Source: Daphnia carinata
Taxonomy: Eukaryota
Length of the DNA: 64,000 bases
NCBI RefSeq assembly: GCF_022539665.2
Contig: NC_081332.1
Span: 5,270,001-5,334,000, forward strand
Direction of reading: 5' to 3'
The notes under the pieces were generated by a model. It saw only the letters and a program-made list of their open reading frames with translations. It made no database searches and was not told where the DNA came from. A program made the position numbers and the translations under genes. Below, piece after piece: positions 28,232 to 40,860 of this stretch (the stretch's first letter is position 1; every line of letters begins with the position of its first letter).

Positions 28232-29989
28232 ATGTCTATTATTGTTTCTCTCCTACGCCAGCCTCGGCTGATGCGCCAACACATTGCAACATGCAGGTCC
28301 AGCAGTTCACTGGTTAATAACCCAGAAAAAAAAATTTCATTCGCTGACCATCGTACTGCTTATGCCCATTTAAGCCGTGCCGAAATTCTGAGGGCTTGGA
28401 TTGTGCTCAAATTGTGCTCGTTTGATTTCTTGCTGCAAAACAGTTTGAAGGTAAACATTAAAAAAAAATTCTGTTTCACTGATCTTTTCATTGTTTGTTT
28501 AATTTGTTTGATAGGTACTGGAGCATAGTCAGAGGGTGTTAGGGCGGGGATTGCTGGAAAAAATTCTTCGGCCAACTTTATACGATCAGTTTGTTGCTGG
28601 AGATGATCCACAATCGCTGAAAGAGACAGCCAACAAGTTAAAGAAAGTTGGTATAAAACTAATGATTCTTCCATCACTAGAAGAAGACGTTGGGCAGAAA
28701 AGTGACGAAAAGTAAGACTCTTTTGCTAATTTACACATCTTCGTTTTCTTATCATAGTTTCTCTGTTTATAAAGTCGGTACAATTCTAATGTGGATGTGA
28801 CGCTACAGTTGGCTGAAATCGCGTATCAACATGGTGGTCCCTTATCGTGTCTTCAAACGAAAATCACTGCACTAATCAGCGCTGATTTGTTGGTAAAAAC
28901 TTATACGCATTTATTCAGTTAAAGTCTTTTAAATAAAAATATTTCGCATTTAAAGCTCAAATTAGCCGAGCGCAACCGGGACAAGGAAGACCAGTTCCGC
29001 ACGATATCTTCATGGGCCAATTATATGACCGGTGGATTGCTTGCTCCTGTGTCATACCTTGACAAAACAGAGAACATTGAATTAGAGAAGGGGCTAGAAC
29101 GATTAAAAAGCGTAGGCGCTTTTGCATCAGGTCTTCAGCTTCGTTTACTCGTCGATGGAGAATTTACTTATTTGAACCAGGCCATCTCCATTGCTGCGTT
29201 ATCCATGGCCGGTGCTTTTAACCAATCAAGACCCGTAGTATGGAACACGTATCAGTGCTACTTGAAGGTATAATAGACTTCCCTTGAATTTATTTGTGGA
29301 AACGTAAGAACAGATTTTTAATATTCCAGGACGCCCTCGAAAAAATTTGCAATGAGCTCGAAATCACCCAGCGAATGGGAGTCGGTTTTGGAGCTAAAAT
29401 AGTAAGGGGTGCATACCTGGAACGCGAACGCCAACTAAGTGTGGAAGGAAATTATCCAGACCCTACAAATCCATCTTACGAAGCTACTTCTGACGTATAC
29501 GATAAGTTCAGTTAAATAATTTCAAATTATAATTGTAGTACTAATAAACAAAAATAAAAACAGGGCGGTAGAGCACCTACTGGAACAAGTAGTTCGTTCT
29601 GGAGGTCAACGCTGTAATGTCATTGTGGCCAGTCATAACGAAACATCCGTATTAAAGGCCTTGAAAAAGATGGGATCATTGGGTATTTCGCCAAAGGACA
29701 ACACTGTAGTTTTCGGCCAAATTTACGGCATGGCTTCGAATATTACTGTGAAATTAGGTAGTTTTCATTGAAAATGAAATATTGATTGAATCATCATTGT
29801 TGCATTGTCTTACAATTTATAGCTTCTGAAGGGTACATTGTTTATAACTCTGTACCTTATGGCTCGCTATTTGATGTCCTGCCTTACCTATCACGGCGAG
29901 CCACGGAGAACCGAGCTGTCCTCAAAGGCACTAGACGCGAACGGACATTACTGGCACGAGAGCTAAGAGCTCGCTTTCTCGGTTTTTGA
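28232..29989 (+). CDS. PRODH2: Mitochondrial proline/hydroxyproline dehydrogenase (PRODH2-like)
   Basis: Arg/Ser-rich presequence; YDQFVAGD, LLVDGEFTY, VWNTYQCYLK, FGAKIVRGAYLERER, VASHNE, FGQIYGM, YNSVPYG..LPYLSRRATEN. Confidence 0.88.
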
Positions 29990-30642
29990 ATTCGCGGTCA
30001 GTATTTAGAGAACTATATTGTACTTCTTTCTTGGATTCACATAGTAATCGTAATAATTAGTGTTTGATTACATTATTCCCGAAGGTTTAATGTCAAAAAG
30101 GGAATCCATTTCAAAATGGGAACAATTCGTCTTGGAGGAATTTACGAGCACCATGAGATTTATGACGGACTCCGCGTAGTAACGCATTAGGTAACTGCCT
30201 TCGTATTGCAGCTCTATGTACTCTGAGTTCAAGGACCTCAGACAAAATTTAGTTTGACGTGCAGTTAGTTGACAATCTCACTATTTCTATCTCTTCTGGT
30301 CATGTTTGTAACTAGAAATAGTATCTAGAGGTTTAAAAAACAATGAAAGGTGATTAGGCCTTTCAGCTAAAAAAGTTACAACTTTGGAAAGCCATGGCCA
30401 ATCTCCAAAAGTTTGGTTATTCCAGTTTGTCTACTCATGAGTTATTTATCCTTGAAACCCTCATGTCATAAAAAGAGAAACGCAAAATGTAATTGAGTAT
30501 TATCGCTGTATAGCCGTCGTACCCGCTCGCAGAAAAAAAGCGCCACAGGTACGACAATAAAGTAATTGACGTATCTTTCCTTGAAGTCTAATCATAAAGC
30601 ATACCAGGATTAGTAACAGGGTATCCTTTGCACGACAGAGAT

Positions 30643-30818
30643 TGAGCTCCGCATGTTAGACTCCATAGATGGCATTGCGGCTGTTCAGTGCCAAATCGCC
30701 AGTACGCTCCGGGTACTTGGCACGTTCAATGTAACGCGTGCAAAACAGCTTGAGCTCTGCATGTTAAAGTCAAGAGATGGCGTTCAGTAAAGCGCCAGTA
30801 CGTTCCGGTACGTTGACA
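30643..30818. repeat. Degenerate two-copy direct repeat (~105 bp period) upstream of HSD17B4
   Basis: tgagctc(c/t)gcatgtta...agatggc...gttcagt...cgccagtacg(c/t)tccgg occurs twice, at ~30643 and ~30750. Confidence 0.6.
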
Positions 30819-31033
30819 AGTTTGCTCCGCTGTTTGCCACCTTGTGAGCTATTTACCAACTTGTGCACAATCAGCTGTCCCATGTTTTTCTATAATCTTA
30901 ACAGTCAAGTGTACATGTTTTATGTCGATTCGTACTTTGATCGATCATCTAAGCAGCGAGCTACTAAACAAATCTACGAAAGGGAGCAACCTCCAGTCGT
31001 TCAAACTCAGTTGTTTGTCAACCCCAAACGAAG

Positions 31034-34000
31034 ATGTCTTCTCAACTTAGATTCGACGGAAAAGTTGCAGTTGTAACCGGGGCTGGTGGTGGTAAGCAAA
31101 ATCTGTTGAATTCATGAAATCTTTATCACTAATTTGAACTGTTGAACTTAATCACTTGGTTTGCAATCTTAAAACATGTTAGTAATTTTTATGTAATCAA
31201 ACTTCTTTTATTAAATTTTAAATATTAAAAAAATTACATAGCTTGTCTTGATAAGTAAAAAAGAACCTGTTCAAACAAAAGCATGTCTTTATCATTCAAG
31301 GACTGGGAAGAGCATATGCCTTGTGGTTTGCTGACCGTGGTGCTGCAGTTGTGGTGAATGATTTAGGTGGTTCTGCAAGTGGTGAAGGTAGTGGAAGAGC
31401 AGCTGACATTGTTGTAAATGAGATAAAAGACAAAGGTTTGTTTTTGTGTTTCGTTCATTATTTCCTTGCATTCAATTTATTTACTACTTTTTACATACAC
31501 AGGAGGCAAAGCTGTTGCTGATTATAACAGTGTTGAGGAAGGAGATAAGATAGTTAAGACTGCAATTGATAACTATGGAAGGATCGATATTCTTGTCAAT
31601 AATGGTATGAAAATAGTAAACAAATGGTAACTATTGAAACCATTTCAATTCTGATGGTCTGACAGTTGTGTTCTAATGATTATGAGCATTGCCCATGAAA
31701 AACAAAATTTCTGGTAACTACCTTGTTGATTTCCCACATGTCTGTCACTCAATGAATGAAAACTTTAATGTTATACCTCATCTGCTTGCTAATGCTATAC
31801 TAATTGTATTCCTTTAGCTGGCATCTTGCGTGATAAGTCAGTGGCAAATACGAGCGACAACGATTGGGATTTGATTCACCGTGTACATTTGCGTGGATCA
31901 TTCCTCACTACCAGAGCAGCATGGCCGCATTTTCGCAAACAAAATTACGGCCGTGTTATTATGACTTCTTCCGTTGCCGGAATATACGGCAATTTCGGAC
32001 AAAGCAATTACAGGTACCCAACCAAAATCTTTAATCATCCTCAGAAAGCCTGTTTAAATGTTGTTGTGTTACATTCCAGTGCTGCGAAACTAGGGCTCCT
32101 TGGGTTGAGCAATACGCTATCCATTGAAGGAAAGAAATACAATATCCATTGCAACACTATTGTCCCTATGGCTGGATCACGCCTGACCAAAGGGATTCTG
32201 CCCCCTGGTGAGTTAACATTTATTTATTTTTAAACATTTAATTTCTACTTTGCCGTGAGTACCTAATTTTTGTTTTGTTTTTTAAAAGACATGATGGAAG
32301 GTATGAGGCCGGATCTAGTTGCTCCCGTCGTGCTTTGGCTTTGCCATGATAGTTGCACCGACACGGGTTCCGTCATTGAAGCTGCAGCAGGATGGGTTGG
32401 AAAATGTGAGTTGATTTTTCCCTTGCCTAGAATTTAAGGGCCGTTTGTGATGCTGACTTACTACCTTCCAGATCGCTGGGAACGAACACGAGGAATGACT
32501 TTGCGTGAGAGCACTAATGATCCCATTCTGCCGGAAGCAGTGCGTGACAATTGGGAGCAGATTTGCAATTTTAACAACTCATTGCATCCTAAAGGAAGCG
32601 AAGTAAAATATTTATTCGGTTTAGTACTTACTAAAAATCTGAAATCTTTTTCCGATCGAAATTTACTGATTAGGCTTCCATGTTACTTGGTAAAGTTCTT
32701 CAAGATCTTATGGAAAAGGACGCTAACAGGGATGCAAAGCTGTCCCCGGTGGTATGAAACGATGTTTATGTAGTCATGTAATATTTCATCAATAAAAACA
32801 CTATGGATTGTGTAGGAACAAGCACTGAACTGGCGCCCACCTCCAGTCAAGTGCCAAGTCACCCCAAGAGAAATCATCTTATATGCCTTGTCAGGTATAT
32901 GATATCCATCACAAATGAGGATTCCAAATTTTAAAAAAATTATTTTTCTCGTAACCTTTACCAGTCGGAGCTTCTACTGGCGATAAAGATGGGCTTCGCT
33001 ACCTATATGAAGGCGATGAAACTTTTGCACCTATTCCGACTTTCGGTGTACTTTTGGCTCAAGAAGCTCTCAGCCAGAGCAACATGATAACCGGTGGCAT
33101 GCCTGGTTTCCAAGTTGATCTTTCCAAAGTAGACTTGATATTCATTATTGGGAAAAATTTGCATCGCCAGTATTCTTATTTTCATCAAATATTTAGGTAC
33201 TCCACGGAGAACAATATATTGAAGTCCACAAAGATATTCCAACCAGTGGAACTTTGGAAGCCAGTCTGAAGGTTGTCGACATTTTGGACAAGAAATCGGG
33301 AGCTGTAATTGTCACAAACGGTAATTCTTTCATTGTTTCAGTAATTAGCGGCTACATAATTTTTATCTTCCTATTTTACAGTGGAAGTCGTGGACGAAAC
33401 GGGGGATAAGGTTATCTCCGCCCAGTGGTCCATTTTCGTTGTCGGAGCTGGTGGCTTTGGTGGTAAACGCAATTCTGATCACATCGTTCCATCTGTTGAT
33501 CCTCCCAAACGTAAACCCGATGCCTCTCTATCGTACAAGACATCAATTGATCAGGTTAGTAGTTTATGAAGATGCTTCCGTGTTTCATAATGCTCAGAAG
33601 GCTATAATATTATTTTTATTTTCATCGCAGGCTGCCTTGTATCGCCTCACTGGCGATCGCAATCCACTACATATCGACGCTTCGTTCGCCGCCATGGGGG
33701 GTTTTGATCGCCCTATCCTTCACGGACTTGCCTCTTACGGAATTTCTTGCCGTCTAGTTCTTCAACAGTATGCTGACAATAATCCAGCATTATTTAAATC
33801 CATGAAGGTAGCTGTTTACAGTCTACGCCATGTTGTTTCCACTGTCTTAACTAATCTTTTCGACTTAGGCCAGATTCTCCAGTCCAGTTCTTCCTGGTCA
33901 AACGCTCAATGTTGACATGTGGCGTGAAGGCAACCGCATCCATCTAGAGACTAAAGTTGCGGAAACAGGCAAATCCGTATTGACTGGTGCCTATATTGAT

Positions 34001-34530
34001 TTGAAGTCCGTTGCGTCCGCCCCAGCACCGGCAGCCCCAACTGCGGCATCGACTGGGCTAATGAGCGAGGCTGTTTTCGCTGAAATGAAGCGACGCCTGG
34101 ATGCTCAGCCAGAAGTGGGAGCTAAAATCAATGCAGTTTATCAGTGGATCATTCTTTCGAATAAAAAACCAGCAGGATCATGGGGTAATATATTTTTATG
34201 TTTTAAACGCTAGAGAAATTAACATTTTGTTATCCGGTTGCCACTTAGTCGTCGATTTGAAAGCCAAACCAGGTAATATCTACCAGGGAAAACCAAAAGG
34301 AAACAAGGCCGATTGCAGTCTTACTCTAGAAGATGCAGATATGGTCGCATTGGTAAGAAAGAAATTTGATAGTTGATCCCATGTTCCACTAACCGGCCCT
34401 TCGATGTGCTTAGGTGACCGGCAAGCTGAACGCACAGAAAGCTTACATGCAAGGCAAACTGAAAATTAAAGGAAACATCATGTTGACCCAAAAACTCCAA
34501 GGGCTGCTCAAAGAAAATTCCAAATTATGA
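31034..34530 (+). CDS. HSD17B4: Peroxisomal multifunctional enzyme type 2 (SDR + hydratase 2 + SCP2 domains)
   Basis: [68 protein letters not shown]2 domain, and a C-terminal PTS1 signal SKL before the TGA at 34528-34530. Confidence 0.96.
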
Positions 34531-35330
34531 GGAATTTGAGATTTCATGCACTAGCTATCTGTGCTGTTTCAGCTGGGAAATATTATTACGTTATTGGTAA
34601 CAAATTCTAAATTTTTTTTAAACGTAATTGGGGTTATTAGGTATTTGTATTCGAAGAAGAAAAATATATCACATTGTTTAAATTGTTTATCATGGCCGAC
34701 CGCGAGATATCTACTGCATAAAGGTAACTGATAATACCCTTTTTGATTAGGAAAAGGTAAATGAAACATTTTAGATAGGTAACTTAGAATTGAAGCAGTT
34801 GCCAAGTGGCTAAATTTGAAGTCGTCATATTGGCATTATCCCCCAAACAGTATTCGGTGCAGACCGGCTTGTAGGGAACGAGACTATAAAATCCTGGAGA
34901 AAGTTGAGAAAGTGCAGAGAAGCCGGTTTGATTTTGCAGTGCGAAATCTTAACTGGTTATGTAACAAGAACATCCTCTTGGCATCTTATTTATGCACATT
35001 GCGTTACTCCTGGATTCTGGCGCCCATGAAACGAAAAGGGAAAGCGTAGACGAAAACTTTATGAAGCAATCACGGAGAATGTGAAATCTAGGTCCCGCAT
35101 ATCTCAACCCCATTACCGCTCGGAATCACTAACAGAATAATTATGAGTCTCAAGTAAGTTGGCGCGTTGTTTTGCGATTTATCAAATTCAATTTCCCGCT
35201 TTTCTTTTTCTTTTGAGAAAGGTAATCGTACTGAAAAACCATCCCCGGTAAGTATCATATTTTGAAGACTCGTACAATCAAAATTTATTGATAAACAGTA
35301 CATTTGGAATAATATCGGCAAAGGTACAAG

Positions 35331-36977
35331 TCAGATGGGAGTAGATTTTTTGAATTGAGAAATGCGTTCTACAACGTGATGGAGTATTTGTTTGGCGCGT
35401 TCTGTGTTATTATTGCCCACCAGTTTTAATTGCGGAATAATGTTGAGTATATGGCCGGCTTCGATGATGTAATACTCCAAATCGCTATCGTTGCAACGAT
35501 TAGTCAGCTGAGCAAGTCGATTTTTTTCCGAACTAAATTCCGCATCCAAGTCGTATAATTCCAGTGGCGGCGCGTTTAAAGTACGGAAAAGTGGTGGGAA
35601 AACAGCAACCTTTTTTTAAAACCCAGAAATTAGTTAATTAGATATTTTTAATCACTACCTACAGGAAATGACAACGTACCTGTAAAGCAGGAAGGGGTGT
35701 TTCGAATTGCGGTGGAATCAATTTTAAGGGTTCGTGCTTAACACCGACTTGTTGATACGAATCTAAAATCTTAGGAACCAAATGCGTGTCCAAGTTGAAC
35801 ACTGGAAGGTATGTTGTTTTATTTTAGAACAGAGACAATCAAACAGAACGGCAAATTCAGTTAAATGAACTGTTACGTTTGGTCTGGAAAAGAGTTGTCC
35901 AATCTTGAGGCACTTCTTCAGATTCCGTTAAGCAAACACGGGGATGATGAGACAGTTGCATTACATTCGGCACTGTAGCGTACTCAGCAATCTAAATTAT
36001 CAAGTTTCAGTTTCAGTCAAATGAAATCTTCCATTATTTCTTTTCATGTATTACGTCAAGATCACGGTCCAGGTCGGCAATGATAGCTTTACTATCCGTC
36101 AGGTAATCGACCAGGTCTTCGAGCCATCGTTTGTTATCCTCCTTGTCAATGTAACTGTCAGAAAAGATGTGAACTGAACCGATGACGGCGATTTTACCTC
36201 CGTTACCCTTTAGCCTAATTACAGATAATGTAAAATCGGTTACGTTGACCAATGGCAAAGCATTTAATGGGTTTACTTACCTCGGATTGGTGTAAGTGGC
36301 AGCGATGGGACGTTGTTGCGGAAGGCAACTGGTAGTCGTTGTTGCCATGACAACTGCTGGTTTTGCTACGTTTAACGTTGCTCCATATGGATATACAATT
36401 TTATTGGTGTTTGTAGTGGCTTCTGCGGTCGTCGACGTCGAATTTGCCATCCATGACTGAACCTCTTCAATGAAACATTCCTTAGGGTGGAAATATTTCT
36501 GGTATATTGTACTGATCACAGCATCTGCGTTAGAATGCCACACGTAAATGGTAAGACCCTCTTGAATTAATGCAAAGTTGTAGCTGTACCGTTATTGATC
36601 ATGATGCCATACTCTTCGAGGAGAAAATTAATGTTTGTGTTGAACTGTTGTTCTCCTCCTTCGCCCAGTAATACCAATAGATTGCCACCGAGATCGATAA
36701 ACTGTCTAAGTGCGTTGAATTCAGCTTCATTGTAGCGTTCTTGTGGCCCAGCTAAAATGGCCAGCCGAGAGGAACTCAGCGATTCGATGTTGAGCCGATC
36801 TTTCGTGTTCGCTAATCTCCAGCGATTTTTTAGCAACCGTTGTATTGACCTCAAACCGTCGTTGACACCGAATTGATTACTCTTTGAAGTGTCGAATAAA
36901 ATCGTGCTGGAAACATCGCTGCGGGACGGAGAACTCACTGCTGACGGAGCAAACCCGCTAATCGGAACCGGAACCAT
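35331..36977 (-). CDS. IFT52: Intraflagellar transport protein 52
   Basis: TILFDTSK, GGNLLVLLGEGGEQQFNTNINFLLEEYGIMINND, KYFHPKEC, YPYGATLNVAKPA, GSVHIFSDSYIDKE, LIPPQFETPLP, PPLELYDLDAEFSSEKNRLAQLTNRC. Confidence 0.95.
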
Positions 36978-37053
36978 CTTCACACGAATAACGCAGGTGA
37001 CTAAACAAAAGACGTATAAATGTTAAGCCCATTGCCACCGTTGTTTGGAACTA

Positions 37054-37067
37054 GTCTCCATAGTAAC
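37054..37067. promoter_or_regulatory. X-box (RFX-binding motif) upstream of IFT52
   Basis: GTCTCCATAGTAAC matches the 14-bp X-box consensus GTHNYY-AT-RRNAAC and lies ~77 bp upstream of the ATG of a ciliary gene. Confidence 0.75.
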
Positions 37068-37765
37068 GCTTCATTTGTTGCACCCTAGTAGAAGCACTTT
37101 GTAATCGATTCATACCGGCACTTCCGTAGTTATTTTCATTTGCTCAACTGGTGTAATCTAGTATGGCATATAAAGGACAAAACGTGTTGACATTAACATT
37201 TTCCCCCATCCAAAGTGAAAGGCAGTTGCTTTCATTTAATTCTGTATACCTTTATGTTAAAATTCATCATGGTTTAGGCGAAGCGTCAGTTACTGCGTTT
37301 CTTTAAAATCGAGCTAATATTACATGAACAAGGCGGTGCTGCACCAAGGACGCGATGATTTTTCCATTTCCTGTTGAAAAGTACGTCAGTTGATCTAATA
37401 CGAATCCATGGCATCAGCGATGGATGATTTCCGATGTTTGTGCAGCCTTCCTTGAGCAGAGATGACATTGTTAGAATACTAACACATGGACGCTGTTTTG
37501 GACTTATACCGTCATTAGACTTGCAATCACGAGTCCAAACTTTCACTTTGGTTTTTCTCGATTTCCTTGTCGTTGAGAAATAATGTCCGTTTGTCCGTTG
37601 AGTATATAAGGTTGCTTAGTTTAGTGGTTGACAAAGCATTCGTCAACACCAACGCAGAGCCCATCTGTCACTTAAAAGTAGCTTACCATTTTCATTCTGA
37701 AATACGAACACAAATCATTAAAAAAAATTTTTTTTGCAGGTACGTATCCTATGCAAACCTAAACG

Positions 37766-38692
37766 ATGATGTCGTTTAACAAGAGTAGTATTGTGGCAAC
37801 GCTCTTCGTTTGCTGGCAATTATTGCTACGGTCGGAAGCGATGCCGTACGGTGGAATGATGCCATCACCTCCTGTAGTGGATACCTCCCCGTGGATGTAA
37901 GAAATGCGTTATTATTTCCTTATGAGGTGCAGATTTTTCAGCGAATGCTTCATCACAGAAAATTTGGTGTTTTTGTTTGGTTTGTTTAGGCCTATTGCTA
38001 AACCTGATTACATGCGGTATGAGTCTTCGCGTAGTTACGAACCCCCTTACGGATCCCGAATTGTGCCTCTACAAACGGCCTTCGTATCCGCTCATTCATC
38101 AGTCGCCACTACGGAGAACCTTATTTCCACAATGCCTGAAATTCCTAGTTCCGCATCTTCTGGAGCCCCAGCCGCCGGATTGTGGGATCAATCAAATCCT
38201 GCACCAGAAGCTCCAGCCGCCGGGTTGTGGAACCAACAGAATCCTGCACCAGAAGCTCCAGCCGCCGGGTTGTGGGATCAGCCGAATCCTACATCCGAAG
38301 CCGCTGGTATTATTCCGCCTGTTTCGCATGAGTTGGCTTCAACAGGACCTTTCGCAGTGGTCCCTTATTGGATGAGATCATCCATCAATTCTGCAATGCC
38401 TCCATCTATTCCTGTTGCTGAACCAGCGATTGATGTTCCAGCAAACGAGTTTCCTCAGTCGGAAGGCTCCTGGGCTCTTTCACAACCATCTCCACCACCA
38501 CCTCAATTGCAGAATGATAATGTCGAAACTAATGTGATTTTTAGCCCTGTCCAAGATTCGATTAGTCTCGTAGCAGAAGGACAGCCGCAAGACAACTGGC
38601 CAGAGACTCCGCGAATGGTGGCGGAGGCAGACAAACTACCTGCTTTACCACCAGCTACCTTTGGTCAATTTGCTGTTCAACCAGCCCGCTAA
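37766..38692 (+). CDS. Uncharacterised secreted Pro/Ala/Ser-rich protein with three 15-aa repeats (exons 37766-37896, 37990-38692)
   Basis: Signal-peptide-like MMSFNKSSIVATLFVCWQLLLRSEA; an in-phase GT-AG intron joins it to the 262-aa ORF; TATATAAG at ~37603. Confidence 0.8.
38164..38308 (+). repeat. 45-bp coding tandem repeat, ~3.2 copies (APAAGLW[D/N]QxNPAPE)
   Basis: ccagccgccgg(a/g)ttgtgg recurs with a 45 bp period. Confidence 0.9.
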
Positions 38693-40860
38693 ACGCATCC
38701 TTTATAAGTTTATATCTAACTACGGTTTTATTATAATTACTGTACATAAATTGCGAATCATAAATGAGCTCGTGAAACTGTATTCACGCGCATTTTTGAA
38801 AGAAACGTTCCGTCCTGTTAATGACCTAACAATGTGCATGCATATTGCAGGTACACACACATACACACACATATACGTATATATGTTTGTAGTTGATTGC
38901 ATATGTTTTATGGGAAATTCTATAGCAATTGGTACTTGCATTTTATTATTATATAGCGGGCTTGAAACTAGAAAATAGTTTCATTGAACACCCCATTGCC
39001 AACAAGATCGTAAAGATAACATCATTCCTGGTTATTTTCTTCCCAGTCAGTGGTACAAACAATTTAGGATTGACGGCGTCGGCAAAGCATCTCCACTTCA
39101 ACGAGATTATCACCTCCCCAACTAATTTGGCGTTCATGGTGTAATTAAGTTGACGTCAGAACTTGATTCAATAACGTTTCGTTTTCGAAGGCCGTAACAA
39201 GTTTGGCTTTTCCCATTTTTATTGAACATACCCCTAAAACTTGTTTATTATAAGAGGTTCAACCGTTGCTGTTGAGCATAAATCATTTAAAAATACGCAG
39301 GAGATTACATTTGGCTCTGTTTTCAGCCTTCCCAGATGACCGCCAGTTAATGATACCAAATTCTTGGTTTAACTTATTGACTTAAGAATGGTTATAACTC
39401 GTTGAATAGAACACTTTTCTCGAAATGATTTATCTAAATATTGTCATCTATTGTTGTGCATTATTTTCGTATGGTACACGTTTGGTTGAACTTGAATCAT
39501 AAGAAAACTTCGAAATTGCAGATGACGTACTCGTCCCTTAAACACTGCCATTGAAGGGGAAAGATTCACTTCACCAAAACTGATAACTGAAAACTGGATG
39601 GAAAATCAATAAATGCAACTTCCTTATTTTTCAAAATGTGTGTTTAAATATTCACGTACGTAATTAATTTAGTAAGCTTTGAAACTTTTACTTAAATTTG
39701 ACTACTCTGTGTGCCACAGCTGCTACGCTGCAAGTTCTCGTTAGGCACTCGGTAGCTGTTAGTGTGAATTGGAAACGTGGTGATGAAGTCATCATTTCAA
39801 TCAAAAGAGAACTTTTACAACCCGATTGGCGTCACTTTCTACAAGAACTAGTCTCCGCCGCCAAAAACCGGCACATTCTGGTTATATTCAGGAAACAGAG
39901 TGGCAGTCGACATGTGCAAAGCCAGGGAAGTAAAACAAACATACCATTACCTTACAGGAGAAATAAAGAGGCTGTATTTCAGTTTAACTAACGACGTGTA
40001 GCTCTATTATCCCCATTATTCGCATCATATAAACTACTTTATGGTTCTAGCATAGTTGTAAGGATGTAGCGTTGCACAACAAAAAATTACCCCCCCCCTT
40101 CTTTAAAAAAAACAAAACATAAAAGGGGTTCCTGTTGATGCTGCTAGATGTAAACTAATGCGCACAAACAATTTAACGCAATGGTAACGATGAAACATTT
40201 TTGGCCAAAACGTGATAGAGACAAAATTATATTGCAATATAATGCCATAAAGTCTTTTTGAGGCGGTAGATTTTAATGCGACAGACGGATTGTTGCCGCA
40301 ATTGCTTAGGAAGAATTTCTTTTTAACAATACTATCAGTTGGAGTTCATGAAGTACTAGATATTAATTATAGTTTGTGCTTTGATGCTAGTTGTAAAAGA
40401 AAATTTAAAACCTCTTCATCGGCTCTCGTCATTTATTACCCTTTTATTTGTCTCATTAAATGCTAGACGTCATGATGAAATGCTAAAGTGGTTAGCTTTT
40501 ATGATAGATAATAATTTGGTGTACTATCGTTGCAGTCTCACTCATTTGTCCTTGCACAAGCAGGTTTTGCCTGTTCGTAAAAATAAAGCAGTGGATGCTT
40601 CACGAAAATGGGGTTTTTCTGTTACTGTGCAAATAGGATCAGTTGCTGTAGAACAAAATGGATGCCGAGAGCCATTAAATGTCAAGGTGACCGACACCAG
40701 TGTCAAATGCTTGAGGCACTTGTTGTTTCATAAGGATGTCAAAAAATATGAAGGCACAGAAGGTATGGTGCCAACTCATCACTCAAACGACCAGTCGTAT
40801 ATAAAAAGAGATGAGCTGTTTTCGATTGATAGTTAATCTGTTCGCCAATAAGCAGTGGCA

